The position numbers and the translations under genes were made by a program. Positions 18,772-31,764 of a DNA stretch of 64,000 bases are shown here, one piece after another. Source of the stretch: an uncultured delta proteobacterium (GTDB lineage Bacteria; Myxococcota; Myxococcia; Myxococcales; Myxococcaceae); contig CAVYSY010000033.1 in assembly GCA_963771175.1 (NCBI GenBank), positions 512,001-576,000 of the forward strand. The letters run 5' to 3'. Numbering within the stretch: the stretch's first letter is position 1; the number at the start of each line of letters is the position of its first letter. Below the pieces are notes generated by a model that was not told the origin of the DNA, did not search any database, and saw only the letters and a program-made list of their open reading frames with translations.

Positions 18772-19020
18772 ATGGACAAGAAGGAATGGCTCAACCGGCC
18801 CATGGGCATCCCGGTGGACCCGGAGAAGCAGAAGGACCCCGAGGCCGCCGGGGACCGGGTTCCCGTCGAGGGCCGTGCCGAGAGGTTGAACGACGTGACC
18901 GGCCAGGGTGGCGGCCAACGCACCGACGTCAGCGGCCACCCCACCAAGGACGAGGGAGTGAAGGGAGGCGCCTTCGAGAAGTACGGCGGACGGGGTGAGC
19001 CGCCAGAAGACATGGATTGA
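18772..19020 (+). CDS. Small acidic hydrophilic hypothetical protein (82 aa)
   Basis: ATG after GAGG; GC3-rich codons; MDKKEWLNRPMG... Confidence 0.6.
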   Translation: MDKKEWLNRPMGIPVDPEKQKDPEAAGDRVPVEGRAERLNDVTGQGGGQRTDVSGHPTKDEGVKGGAFEKYGGRGEPPEDMD

Positions 19021-19150
19021 CTCCGGACGAAGAGCGTCCATAGGGGGCGCCCCAGGGCCTTCTGTGCATCCAGCAACGCTTGGCTTTTGGACCTGGTGGC
19101 ATGCGGTCCTCCCTCCAAGCACGTGTCAGAGCGCGGCGTATCCTTCGGGA

Positions 19151-20389
19151 ATGATGCAGCGACACGCCTCCCGTATCGTCCTCCTCCTCTGGCTCACTGC
19201 GGGACTGGGCGCTCTCGGACAGGCCCCTACCCCGTCCGCCCAGGCGCAGGCGCCCCAGGTCACCTTCGAGGTGACGGTCCCTCCCGAGACCCCGCCGGAC
19301 GCGGAGGTGTGGCTCTCCGGAAACCACGCCGCCCTGGGCCAGTGGAACGGCGCGGGAGTGAAGCTGACGCGCTCGCCGGAGGGGCGCTACACCACCCGCC
19401 TGCCGCTGCCGGCGGGCACCGCGCTCGAGTACAAGGTAACGCGCGGCTCGTGGGCCACCGTGGAGAAGGACGCCTCCGGCCAGGAGCTCCCCAATCGCGC
19501 CTTGCGCGTGGACAGCCGCTCCGAGCGCGTCTCCCTCACCGTGGCCCGCTGGGCCGACCAGGGTGGCGCATCGCCCGCCCCCTCCACGGTCACGGGCAAC
19601 GTCCGCTACCTGCGCGACGTGACGTCGCGCCACCTGCCTCGCAAGCGCGACATCATCGTCTGGCTGCCGCCCGACTACGACACCAACCCGAAGCGCCGCT
19701 ACCCGGTGCTCTACATGCACGACGGGCAGAACCTGATGGACGCCGCCACCTCGTTCTCCGGCGAGTGGCACGTGGACGAGACGGCGCAACAGCTCGTGCG
19801 GGCCGGAGAGGTGGAGCCGCTCATCATCGTTGGCATCTACAACACCGAGGATCGCTTCTTCGAGTACACCCAGGTGCGCGACACCGGCGAGTACGCCCAG
19901 CTCGGCGGCGGCAACGCGGATGCCTACGGGCGATTCCTCGTCGAGGAACTCAAACCCCTCATCGACAAGACGTTCCGCACCCGGCCCGGCCCCGCGGACA
20001 CGGGACTCGCGGGCTCCTCGCTGGGAGGTCTGGTGACGATGTACCTGGGCCTGAACCATCCGGGCACCTTCCGGCGCCTGGGGGTGGTGTCCCCCTCCGT
20101 CTTCTGGGCCAACCGGGACATCCTCAACCGGGTGAAGGGCCTGCGGAAGAAGCCCGCCTCGCGCGTCTGGGTGGACATCGGCACCGAGGAGTCGAAAGGC
20201 AGCCAGGAGACGGTGGACGACACCCGGCTGCTGCGCGATGCGCTGGTGGCCCGGGGTTGGGTGCTCGGCAAGGACCTCCAGTACGTGGAGGTGCCCGGCG
20301 CATTCCACACCGAGAGCGCCTGGGCCGAGCGCTTCGACGACCTCCTCCGCTACCTCTACCGAGCCCCCGCGGCCCGACCCAAGCCCTGA
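19151..20389 (+). CDS. Secreted CBM20-like domain + alpha/beta hydrolase esterase
   Basis: Signal peptide; LSGN-x3-LGQW...EYKVTRGSW (CBM20-like); YPVLYMHDGQN, GSSLGG, HTESAW. Confidence 0.85.
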   Translation: MMQRHASRIVLLLWLTAGLGALGQAPTPSAQAQAPQVTFEVTVPPETPPDAEVWLSGNHAALGQWNGAGVKLTRSPEGRYTTRLPLPAGTALEYKVTRGSWATVEKDASGQELPNRALRVDSRSERVSLTVARWADQGGASPAPSTVTGNVRYLRDVTSRHLPRKRDIIVWLPPDYDTNPKRRYPVLYMHDGQNLMDAATSFSGEWHVDETAQQLVRAGEVEPLIIVGIYNTEDRFFEYTQVRDTGEYAQLGGGNADAYGRFLVEELKPLIDKTFRTRPGPADTGLAGSSLGGLVTMYLGLNHPGTFRRLGVVSPSVFWANRDILNRVKGLRKKPASRVWVDIGTEESKGSQETVDDTRLLRDALVARGWVLGKDLQYVEVPGAFHTESAWAERFDDLLRYLYRAPAARPKP

Positions 20390-20435
20390 GCTCGGGGCGC
20401 GCGGCCGCGACGTCCCTCACTCCGATGCGGCCGTC

Positions 20436-20535
20436 GGCACAGCCGCTCCAGGCCCTGTCTGTCGTTGGCACGCAAATGCGTGTTGGCGTGCAGGGAGAAG
20501 CCCTCCAGGAAGGCGCACCGGGGCTGCTTCTGGGA
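20436..20535 (-). mobile_element. IS91-like (Y2 transposase) remnant
   Basis: QKQPRCAFLEGFSLHANTHLRANDRQGLERLCR resembles the GFSLHA...LERLCRY core of Y2 transposases; about 33 codons only. Confidence 0.7.
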
Positions 20536-20786
20536 GGGGCCGGACGTCCAGCTGCTTCTGTCCATGCGCGCAATGCAAGAAAACTCATGTTCTCGAACTG
20601 CGAGAAGACAAATGATTTGGCCAGGCGGTCACCGAGCCTGGAGCCGGCTCCGCCTTGCGCCAGCCGGCCGCGGAGGCCGAGTGAAAAAAACACGGCCGGC
20701 GGGGGCATCAGTGCTACGTGCGTGACACTGCAATCCCTCGCCAACCCCCTCCGGAGAGCGCTCCGGCCGACGTCAGGTCTCAAGAC

Positions 20787-22436
20787 ATGGTGATTCATCG
20801 CCTCGCGGAAACCCCCGAGCTGAACAACGCGCTGCTCGTCGGCTCCGCCGTGCTGTTCTCGCTGCTCTCCATCTGGTTCGTGCTCGGCACCTCCAGCTTT
20901 CTGCTCCACCAGGGCATCCGGGCGAGCGGTATCAGGTCCCTGGCCTCCGTGGGTGAGGGCCTCTCCAAGCGGGGACGGCTGCTGGCCGCCCTGCTCTCCA
21001 TCCCCGTCGTCCTCGCCGGTATTGGATTGCTCGGTTACGCGCTCTGGAGGGGAGCCGATCTGCAGCCCTGGTTCGAGCTGGCGCTGCTGGAGCTCACCCC
21101 CGACGTGCTCAAGGCCCTGGGGCGCGGCGTGGCCCTGGTGGTGCTGATGCTCATCAGCTTCTACACGCTGCAGCGCAGCGGCCGGCGCCTGATGGGCCGG
21201 GCCGAGCAGAAGTTGCGCGAGCGCCAGCTCCCCGAGGCGCAGCGCATCCACGTGGAGAAGCTGCTGGAGTGTCTGCCCTCGGTCCTCAACCTCGCGCTGG
21301 CCAACTCGGTGGTGCTCCTGGCGCTCCCGGCCCTGGCGCTCCCGGCTGCCGTCGAGTGGCTGATCACCACCACCCTGTACATCCTGCTGCTCGTCACCGG
21401 CGGGCGGGCGCTCGTGTTCCTGCTCTACTTCATGTCCGAGCGACTGGTGGCCTCCTGGGAGGACAAGAGCAAGGGCACGCGGCTCGAGGAGTACTACGTG
21501 GCCCTGCGCCGGCTGCTGCCGGTGGGCCAGAAGAGCCTCGAGGCCATCTCCTATATCTCCGTGGCGACCCTGATCGTCCGCCAGTTCCAGACACTGGAGC
21601 CCGTGGCGCCCTACGGCCCCATCCTGATCCGCATCGTCTCGATGTTCCTGGCCGCCAGCGTGTTCGTCGAGCTCAGCCGCGTCATGCTCTTCCGGCTGCT
21701 GTCGTCCAGCACCGCCACCACCGCCGACGATGTGCAGCGCCGGCGCCAGACGTTCGTCAGCCTGTTGCAGAGCATCATCAAGTACGTCATCTACTTCTGC
21801 GTCTGCATGATGGTCCTCAGCGATCTCGGCGTGGATCCGACGCCCATCCTGGCGGGCGCCGGCATCGTGGGCCTGACGGTGGGCCTGGGGGCCCAGGCCA
21901 TCGTGCAGGATCTGCTCAACGGCATCTTCCTGCTGTTCGAGGATCAGATCCTGAATGGAGACTACATCCGCATCGGCGACACCGAGGGAGTGGTGGAGGA
22001 GATCACTCCCCGGGTCACGCGCATCCGGGATCGCTACGGGCGCCTGCACATCATGCGCAATGGTGAAATCAAGAACGTCATCAATTACAGCCGGGGGTGG
22101 ACGCTGGCCGTGGTGGAGATGAGCGTTGCGTATGAATCGAACCTCAAGCTGGCACTCCAGGTCATCAACGAGTCCAGCTCCCGGCTTCCCGGGCTGCTCC
22201 CGGGCAAGGTCATCGAGACGCCCATGGTCATGGGGATCGAGACCATCGACGACAGCTGCCTCCGGATTCGCATCGAGACGAAGGTCTCTCCCGGGTGCCA
22301 TTACGAGGTGAAGCGGGTGCTGCACATGTTGCTGGTGGAGAGCTTCAACGCCAACAACCTGGAGATCCCCTACCCCAAGTCCGTCCAGTTCTCGGATCCG
22401 GCGCCGCTCGACCCGCCCCAGGACAAGGCTGCCTGA
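20787..22436 (+). CDS. MscS-family mechanosensitive channel
   Basis: Multi-TM N-terminus; ILAGAGIVGLTVGLGAQ-x3-DLLNG, GDYIRIG, RNGEI. Start may instead be GTG 20718. Confidence 0.9.
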   Translation: MVIHRLAETPELNNALLVGSAVLFSLLSIWFVLGTSSFLLHQGIRASGIRSLASVGEGLSKRGRLLAALLSIPVVLAGIGLLGYALWRGADLQPWFELALLELTPDVLKALGRGVALVVLMLISFYTLQRSGRRLMGRAEQKLRERQLPEAQRIHVEKLLECLPSVLNLALANSVVLLALPALALPAAVEWLITTTLYILLLVTGGRALVFLLYFMSERLVASWEDKSKGTRLEEYYVALRRLLPVGQKSLEAISYISVATLIVRQFQTLEPVAPYGPILIRIVSMFLAASVFVELSRVMLFRLLSSSTATTADDVQRRRQTFVSLLQSIIKYVIYFCVCMMVLSDLGVDPTPILAGAGIVGLTVGLGAQAIVQDLLNGIFLLFEDQILNGDYIRIGDTEGVVEEITPRVTRIRDRYGRLHIMRNGEIKNVINYSRGWTLAVVEMSVAYESNLKLALQVINESSSRLPGLLPGKVIETPMVMGIETIDDSCLRIRIETKVSPGCHYEVKRVLHMLLVESFNANNLEIPYPKSVQFSDPAPLDPPQDKAA

Positions 22437-22502
22437 GCGCTCCTCGCCTGCTCGTCTCTCACCGGCGGGCAGGCGCGGACTTCAACGCCGCGCGAAGTCT
22501 GA

Positions 22503-24926
<2,424 letters not shown>

Positions 24927-24932
24927 TAGGTC

Positions 24933-26342
24933 ATGGCGAATTTCGGGAAGCTGGTTGAGGAAGCCAAGAAGCAGCAGATGAGCCTCGGGACGGACGCGGC
25001 GCGCCAGCTGGCGACGACGACCAAGTCGGCCCCGCAGATGCAGGGAATCTCCTCCCGGTGGCTGCTCAAGCTGCTGCCGTGGGTGCAGGTCACCGGCGGC
25101 GTGTACCGCGTCAACCGCCGCTTGAGCTATGCCGTCGGCGACGGCCGGGTGACCTTCACCAGCACCGGCGCGAAGGTGCAGGTCATTCCGCAGGAGCTCA
25201 GCGAGCTGCCGCTGCTGCGCGGCTTCGACGACGCCGAGGTGCTGGCCGCCCTGGCCAACCGCTTCGAGCAGAAGGAGTTCAAGGCCGGTGACGTGCATCA
25301 CCGAGGCCGGCAAGGAGGCCGATTCGATCTGCCTCATCGCTCACGGCAAGGTGAACAAGATCGGCACCGGCAAGTACGGCGAGCAGACCGTGCTCGAGGT
25401 GCTGGCCGATGGCGACCACTACAGCTACGAGGTGCTGCTGGAGTCGCAGGACTACTGGCAGTTCACGGTCAAGGCCGTCACCTCGTGCACGGTGCTGATC
25501 CTCCAGCAGTCCGCGTTCGAGGCGGTGGTCGCCCAGGCCCCGTCGCTGCAGAAGCACATCGAGGACTTCAAGGCGCTCGCCAAGAAGAAGCAGGACAAGT
25601 CGGGCCAGGCCGACATCGAGCTGGCCGCGGGACATCATGGACGAGCCCGTGCTGCCGGGCACCTTCGTGGATTACGAGACCTCGCCCCGCGAGTACGAGC
25701 TGAGCGTGGCCCAGACCGTGCTCCAGATCCACACGCCGCGTCGCCGACCTGTTCAACGACCCGATGAACCAGACCCAGCAGCAGCTGCGTCTGACCGTCG
25801 AGGCGCTGAAGGAGCGCAAGGAGCACGAGCTGATCAACAACCGCGAGTTCGGCCTGCTGCACAACGCCGATCTCAAGCAGCGCATCCACACCCGCAGCGG
25901 GCCGCCGACGCCCGACGACATGGACGAGCTGCTGGCCACCGTGTGGAAGGATCCGTCCTTCTTCCTGGCCCACCCGCGCGCCATCGCCGCGTTCGGTCAG
26001 GAGTGCAACCGCCGCGGCATCTACCCCACCAGCGTCGACGTGAACGGCAACGCGGTCCCCGCCTGGCGCGGCGTCCCCATCTTCCCCTGCAACAAGATCC
26101 CCATCAGCGACACCCGCACCAGCTCCATCCTCCTGATGCGCGCGGGGGAGGAGAACCAGGGCGTCATCGGCCTGCACCAGGCGGGCATCCCCGACGAGAT
26201 CGAGCCCAGCCTGAACGTGCGGTTCATGGGCATCAACGAGAAGGCCGTCATCTCCTACCTCGTCAGCACCTACTTCTCCGCGGCGGTCCTCGTCCCCGAC
26301 GCGCTCGGCATCCTCGAGAGCGTCGAGATTGGCCGCGTCTAG
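24933..26342 (+). CDS. Family 2B encapsulin shell protein 1 (cNMP-binding domain insertion); three +1 frameshifts (~25295, ~25641, ~25736)
   Basis: [25 protein letters not shown], cNMP-binding insert, [41 protein letters not shown]. Corrected length 468 aa. Confidence 0.9.
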
Positions 26343-26388
26343 GAAGCAGGCGGTCTGAGGCAGTTCGGACACAGCTGAGGCACACCTC

Positions 26389-27800
26389 ATGGCGAATACG
26401 ATGAAGACGGGCAGCGGTGGCGGTGAAGTCGAAAAGCAGCAGATGAGCCTGGGGACGGCCGCTGCCCGTCAGCTGGCGACGACGACCAAGTCGCGGCCGC
26501 AGATGCAGGGAATCTCTCCCCGGTGGCTGTTGCGCATGCTGCCCTGGGTCCAGGTGTCCGGGTGGCGTGTACCGCGTCAACCGCCGTCTGACCTACTCCG
26601 TGGGTGACGGGCGCCTGAGCTTCGCCAACATCGGCGCCAGGGTGGAGGTCATTCCCCAGGAGCTGTGTGAGCTGCCGCTGCTGCGCGGCGTCGATGACGC
26701 CGAGGTGTTGATCCGCCCTGGCGGGCCGGTTCGTCCAGAAGGAGTTCAAGCCGGGCGAGCTGATCGTCGAGGCGGGCCAGCCCGCCGAGCATGTGGTCCT
26801 GCTCGCCCATGGCAAGGCTCACAAGCTGGGCCGGGGCGCGTATGGCGATCCGGTCATCCTCGAGGTGCTCGCCGACGGCGACCACTTCGGGGATCAGGCG
26901 GTGGTGGAGTCGAACGACTCGTGGAAGTTCACGGTCAAGGCGCTGACCCCGTGCACGGTGATGATGCTGCCGCAGCGGGTGTTCGAGGAGCTGCTCAAGC
27001 AGTCCGCGGTGCTGTCCGCTCACGTCGAGCAGGTCAAGGAGCGGTTGAGCAAGCCCCAGGACAAGGCGGGACAGGCCGCCATCGAGCTCGCCGCCGGCCA
27101 CTCGGGCGAGCCGGAGCTGCCGGGGACCTTCGTCGACTACGAGCTCAAGCCCCGCGAGTACGAGCTGAGCCTGGCCCAGACCCTGCTCAAGGTGCATACC
27201 CGTGTCGCCGATGTGTTCAACGACCCGATGAACCAGGTGGGGGAACAGGTCCGGTTGACCATCGAGGCCCTGCGCGAGCGGCAGGAAGACGAGATGATCA
27301 ACAACCGCGACTTCGGGCTGCTGCACAACGCCGACCTCAAGCAGCGCATCCATGCGCGCAGCGGGCCGCCCACGCCCGACGACCTGGACGATCTGCTCAG
27401 CCGGCGCAAGAAGTCGCGGTTCTTCCTGGCCCACCCGCGCACCATCTCCGCGTTTGGACAGGAGTGCACCCGCCGCGGGCTCTACCCGCCCGTCGTCGAA
27501 GTGGAGGGCAAGAAGTTCATCGGCTGGCGCGGAGTCCCCCTGCTGCCCTGCGACAAGATCCCCATCTCCTCCGACCGCACGACCTCCATCCTCGTGCTCC
27601 GGACCGGGAAGGAAGATCAAGGCGTCATCGGCCTGCGGCAGACGGGCATCCCGGATGAGGTCGAGCCCGGCCTCTCCGTGCGCCACATGGGCGTCAACGA
27701 GAAGGCCATCTCCTCCTACCTCGTCAGCACCTACTATTCCGCGGCCGTCCTCATCCCCGACGCGCTCGGCGTCCTGGAGAACATCCAGCTCGGGCGCTGA
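26389..27800 (+). CDS. Family 2B encapsulin shell protein 2; two +1 frameshifts (~26560, ~26713)
   Basis: Same motif set as shell 1 ([40 protein letters not shown]). Corrected length 469 aa. Confidence 0.9.
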
Positions 27801-27873
27801 CCGTCCTCATCAGGGGCGGGCCCCTGCATCCACCTGGGCCCGCTCGCCGAGGACCTCGGCAATCTTGCCCGAG

Positions 27874-28389
27874 TCAGTTGAGGACGGGAGAGCAGAAGCC
27901 CGCCTTGCAGGCCAGCCCGCTGCAGCACGACACGCCGGTGCCACAGGCCTGACTGCTGCCGGCGCAGCTCTGTCCCCCATCCACGGGCCCCGGGGACCCG
28001 GCGTCCGGCTCGGGCTGCGTGCTCCCACCATCGGGAGTCCCCGCATCGGCGGGCGGAGGCGTCCCCTCGTCGGGCTCGCTGGAGCCCTCGCACGCCCCCA
28101 GGTGGTCGCCGTGGTGCAGGTGGGCCTTCACCGCTGGGGCTCCCACGGTGATGGTGTGCGCGTTGTCCGGATTGCCCGGTGGGATGTGGCAGAGGGTGAC
28201 CCCTTCTTCCGCCTCGTCCGCCGCCGCCGGCGCGTCCTTGTCCACTCCCGGCGCGCCCCCCAGTGCCCCTCCCTGGTCCTCCGAGCCGGGGCCAACCTCC
28301 CCCGGTTGGGTGCTCACCCCGCACCCGCACAGGAGCAGCGTGCAGAGCGTCGCGAGCACGGCGGATGAAGTCATCGTCTGGAATCGCAT
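27874..28389 (-). CDS. Small lipoprotein with CHIPPGN module and C-terminal six-Cys motif
   Basis: Hydrophobic leader ending LLCGC; VTLCHIPPGNPDNAHTI...AHLHHGDHLGAC; C-x6-C-x5-CC-x4-C-x4-C tail. Confidence 0.7.
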   Translation of the reverse strand: MRFQTMTSSAVLATLCTLLLCGCGVSTQPGEVGPGSEDQGGALGGAPGVDKDAPAAADEAEEGVTLCHIPPGNPDNAHTITVGAPAVKAHLHHGDHLGACEGSSEPDEGTPPPADAGTPDGGSTQPEPDAGSPGPVDGGQSCAGSSQACGTGVSCCSGLACKAGFCSPVLN

Positions 28390-28657
28390 GAGCATCCTCA
28401 CTGTGTATGGCCTACGGTCACCCACGGAAAGCGTTGTCAGTCTTATCTCTCCTGGGCCTCACCACAATCCCCAATGCCATTCACATATGTGTCATGACGG
28501 AATTCACGCAAAGTGATTGCACCCCTCCCACCCAAAGCCAGCCACGGCGGAACGCCGTCCTTCCCGAGTTGCAATCCGCCCATCCAAGAGCATCCACGGT
28601 GGAACGTCCGTGCCTTGACAGGTTCAGACCCAAGCGGATGTGAGCCACCCGGGCAGG

Positions 28658-31051
28658 TCACCCCACCCCGGCGGCCCGCTTCCGGCGCTCCAGCAATACC
28701 GCGAGCCCGAGCAGCCCCAGGGTGCCGAGCGAGATGAGCGCCCCGAGCACCAGGCCGGGAGTGCGGTAGGAGAAGGAGACACGGTGGGTGCCGGCGGGGA
28801 CTCGCACTCCGCGCACGACGATGTTGGCCGGCAGAATGGGGGTGGGCTGCCCATCCACGGTCGCGCTCCACCCGTCGTAATACGGGTCGTTGAGCACCAA
28901 CGCCGTCGGCGCGCGAGCCTCCACCTCGAGCTCCACGGACTCGGGCGCGTAGTGGACGATGCGCACCTCGCCGGGTGCTCCGGCGGTGGGAAGCGCCTCG
29001 TCCCGCGGCGCGTCCGGGGGACACTCCAGGGCGACGTCCTGGCCGGGACGGAAGGAGCGCGAGAGGACGAGGGTGCGCGCGGCGGACGCGTCCGGCACGC
29101 AGCGGGGCGTGGCCAGGTAGGCGCGAGGGAGCGTGTGGGGGTTGCGGAGCAACACCGCATTGATACGGGGCTCCTCGGCGAGGATGACCTCCGGGTTGCC
29201 GGAGCCGCCGCGCTTGTAGACGTCCGCCTCGAGGGTGAGGTAGCGCACATTGTAGAGGCCGGAGAGGCGGCCCACCCAGGCATCGAGCGTTTCGAATGAG
29301 TTGAGCAGGCCCACCAACCGCCGGGATGCAGCGGGAAGGTAGGGCCCGGCGCCCTCCAGCTTCCAGAGCGCGGGCGTGACGGGCTCGAGCGCGGCGGCGA
29401 AGTTGACGGCCATGATGTCCACGGGATGGAGCCCCTCGGGCACGTAGTGCGGCTCGACCTCCCGCAGTCCCCCGAAGACCCGAGGCCGGACGGCGCCAGC
29501 ATCCGCCTCCGCCCGAAGGATGGCCTCCACGGTGCTCGTGGGCTGCTCCAGCACGTCCGTGTACGTCACGTGATACGTGCCCTCGTTGGCCAGGTAGAGC
29601 ACGGCGAACTGGAACCCGAGGATCGCCACCGCGCGTGGCACGGGCGAGTGCACCCGGGCCAGCACCACGCCCATCAGGACAAGCGTGACCGCGCCCACCC
29701 CAGCGGCCTGGAGGAAGTTGTCGTGGAGCATGCCCAGGGTGACGGAATCCGCCTTGCCCCAGAGGGTGGCGACCACCCCGTCCGAGAACCACCGCAGCCA
29801 CCACTCGCCCAACCCGAGCAGCCCCCAGAGCAGCGCGAGCGCGAAACCCGCCTGGGCCACGCGCCGCGCCAGGGAGGAGTCCCGCTGAATGGCCTCCAAC
29901 CCGGCGCCAGCACCCAGGGCACACGGGAACAGGAAGTAGGGCAGCAACTTCTCCGGGTAGCGGAAGGAGCTCCAGAGCGGGAACCACTTGTAGAGCCACC
30001 CGTACAGCGGAAGCTGGTGCGGCATCGTCAGGGCCACGAGGAAGAGCGAGAGCCCGGTCACCTTCCAGGTGAGTGGGTTGCGCCGGTGGACCCAGAGGGC
30101 GCTGCCCAGGAGCAGCACGGCCGGGAGCCCCAGGTACACCGAGTGGACCCAGAAGCCCCCCATCCCCGACTTGAACAGCTCATCCGCCATCCTGCCCGAG
30201 GCCGCCGTCCCCGACTCCGGGTCGAGGAAGAGCGCCCCGAAGAAGAGCTCGAACAGCCGCAGGGGGTGGAACGAGAAGTAGGTGGCCCCCTTGATGTCCG
30301 GCGCACTGGGGTATGCGTTCTTCAGCGTGGAGAAGAGGGAGAGGATCTGCACCGAGGACAGGAGCGCGCCGAGCACGATGAGCAACCCGGCCCGTGGCGC
30401 CACCCGCAGCATGCTGGAGCGTTCCGGACGCAGCAGCACGAGCACCAGCAACATGCCATTGCACATCGCGAAGCTCTGGGGATCTCCGCTGAGCAGCACG
30501 AGGGACAACAGGAGGGCCGCGGCGGCGGCACGGCCCGCGGAGGGCTGGCGGAGGAAGCGCTCCGCGCCCCAGAGGGCCCAGGGGAACGTGGCGGCCGCCA
30601 TGAGGTAGAGCAGGTTGTTGCTGATGCCCACCATGTAACCGCACAGCGCGTAGGCGAGCCCCGCCAGCAGCGCTGCGCCGCGCCCCATGCCCCACAGCCG
30701 GCCAAAGAGGTACACGCCTCCCAGCGCGGCCACGTAGGAGAGCAGCATGACGACCTTGAGCGCCACCCCGAGCGGCAGCAACAGGTAGAACAGGTTGGCG
30801 GGGTGGAAGGCTCCGGAGATGAGCATGCCCGCGTACGGCTGCCCCATCCCGTCGTAGGGGTACCAGTCCGGAAACTGGAGCTGGGACACGCGCTCGACCC
30901 AGTACTGCTTCAGCGGGTAGTAGACCCGGAGGATGTCGCGCGAGGCGAAGATCTTGTCGGAGAAGGTCGCCCGGTGAAAGTAGAGGAGCGGAAGGGCGAA
31001 GGCCGCGACGGCCAGCGCGAGGCGGGTCCTGGCCTGCTGGGAGAGAGACAT
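28658..31051 (-). CDS. YfhO-family multi-pass membrane protein (GT-C-like glycosyltransferase)
   Basis: D-x4-YYP, P-x-W-x-PY-x-GMGQP, FRYPEK, LPRAY, YDGWSATVDG, VPAGTHRV-x-F-x-Y. Confidence 0.85.
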   Translation of the reverse strand: MSLSQQARTRLALAVAAFALPLLYFHRATFSDKIFASRDILRVYYPLKQYWVERVSQLQFPDWYPYDGMGQPYAGMLISGAFHPANLFYLLLPLGVALKVVMLLSYVAALGGVYLFGRLWGMGRGAALLAGLAYALCGYMVGISNNLLYLMAAATFPWALWGAERFLRQPSAGRAAAAALLLSLVLLSGDPQSFAMCNGMLLVLVLLRPERSSMLRVAPRAGLLIVLGALLSSVQILSLFSTLKNAYPSAPDIKGATYFSFHPLRLFELFFGALFLDPESGTAASGRMADELFKSGMGGFWVHSVYLGLPAVLLLGSALWVHRRNPLTWKVTGLSLFLVALTMPHQLPLYGWLYKWFPLWSSFRYPEKLLPYFLFPCALGAGAGLEAIQRDSSLARRVAQAGFALALLWGLLGLGEWWLRWFSDGVVATLWGKADSVTLGMLHDNFLQAAGVGAVTLVLMGVVLARVHSPVPRAVAILGFQFAVLYLANEGTYHVTYTDVLEQPTSTVEAILRAEADAGAVRPRVFGGLREVEPHYVPEGLHPVDIMAVNFAAALEPVTPALWKLEGAGPYLPAASRRLVGLLNSFETLDAWVGRLSGLYNVRYLTLEADVYKRGGSGNPEVILAEEPRINAVLLRNPHTLPRAYLATPRCVPDASAARTLVLSRSFRPGQDVALECPPDAPRDEALPTAGAPGEVRIVHYAPESVELEVEARAPTALVLNDPYYDGWSATVDGQPTPILPANIVVRGVRVPAGTHRVSFSYRTPGLVLGALISLGTLGLLGLAVLLERRKRAAGVG

Positions 31052-31137
31052 GAGCTTCGAGGCGGTCGGGAGAGGCGACCGACCTTGCCAGGAGCGGATG
31101 GCGGCTCGCAACCTGACTCTTTCCGGAGTCTCCTGCC

Positions 31138-31764
31138 TCAGTCCTCCCCGCTCACGGGACGATCCGACCCCGGATGCCCGGCCGCGAGCGTCTCCTCTTC
31201 CCGCTCCTGGGTGAGCCCGGTGGAGCTGGAGAGCTTCGTGTCCCCGTGCGGGTTGTCCGCCCGCGCCACGGATTGAGAGTGCGCCCGCTCGGGCTGGGCC
31301 TCGGATAAGGGGTGCTGGCTGCCCGGCCGGCCCTCGGCCAGGGTGCGGCGGCTCGGGTCGAGGTGGACGTGCTCGAAGGGCGCGTCGGGCTCACGCGACG
31401 TGAAGAGGACGCTCATCGGCGCGGGCAGCGCCTCGCGGAGCCGGTGCAACGACCCGGGGGTCAGTGCCTCCGCCACGAGCTGGCAGACGACGCCGGTGTG
31501 CTCCACCGCGAGGCCGGGTCGCACCCCCGCCCGGCTCGCGACGCGCGCGTGGAACTCCGCGAGATTGAAGTCCTGGTGGGGCGTCACACCGCGCAGGCTC
31601 GCCGCCAGCGGAGCGGGCAGGTCCTCCGCCACTGCCTGGATGAGGGGCCAGCTCAATCGCTCACCCAGCGTCTCCAGCACCGCGCGAACGGTGCGCTCCG
31701 CCGCCTCCAGGCCAGGGAGCCCGGTGCGATCGGCAACGTGGGACAGGAACTCGTCGTGCGTCAT
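31138..31764 (-). CDS. DUF2267-like protein with acidic tail
   Basis: DEFLSHVADR...RAVLETLGERL...LP pattern. ATGA overlap with the kinase gene. Confidence 0.75.
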   Translation of the reverse strand: MTHDEFLSHVADRTGLPGLEAAERTVRAVLETLGERLSWPLIQAVAEDLPAPLAASLRGVTPHQDFNLAEFHARVASRAGVRPGLAVEHTGVVCQLVAEALTPGSLHRLREALPAPMSVLFTSREPDAPFEHVHLDPSRRTLAEGRPGSQHPLSEAQPERAHSQSVARADNPHGDTKLSSSTGLTQEREEETLAAGHPGSDRPVSGED

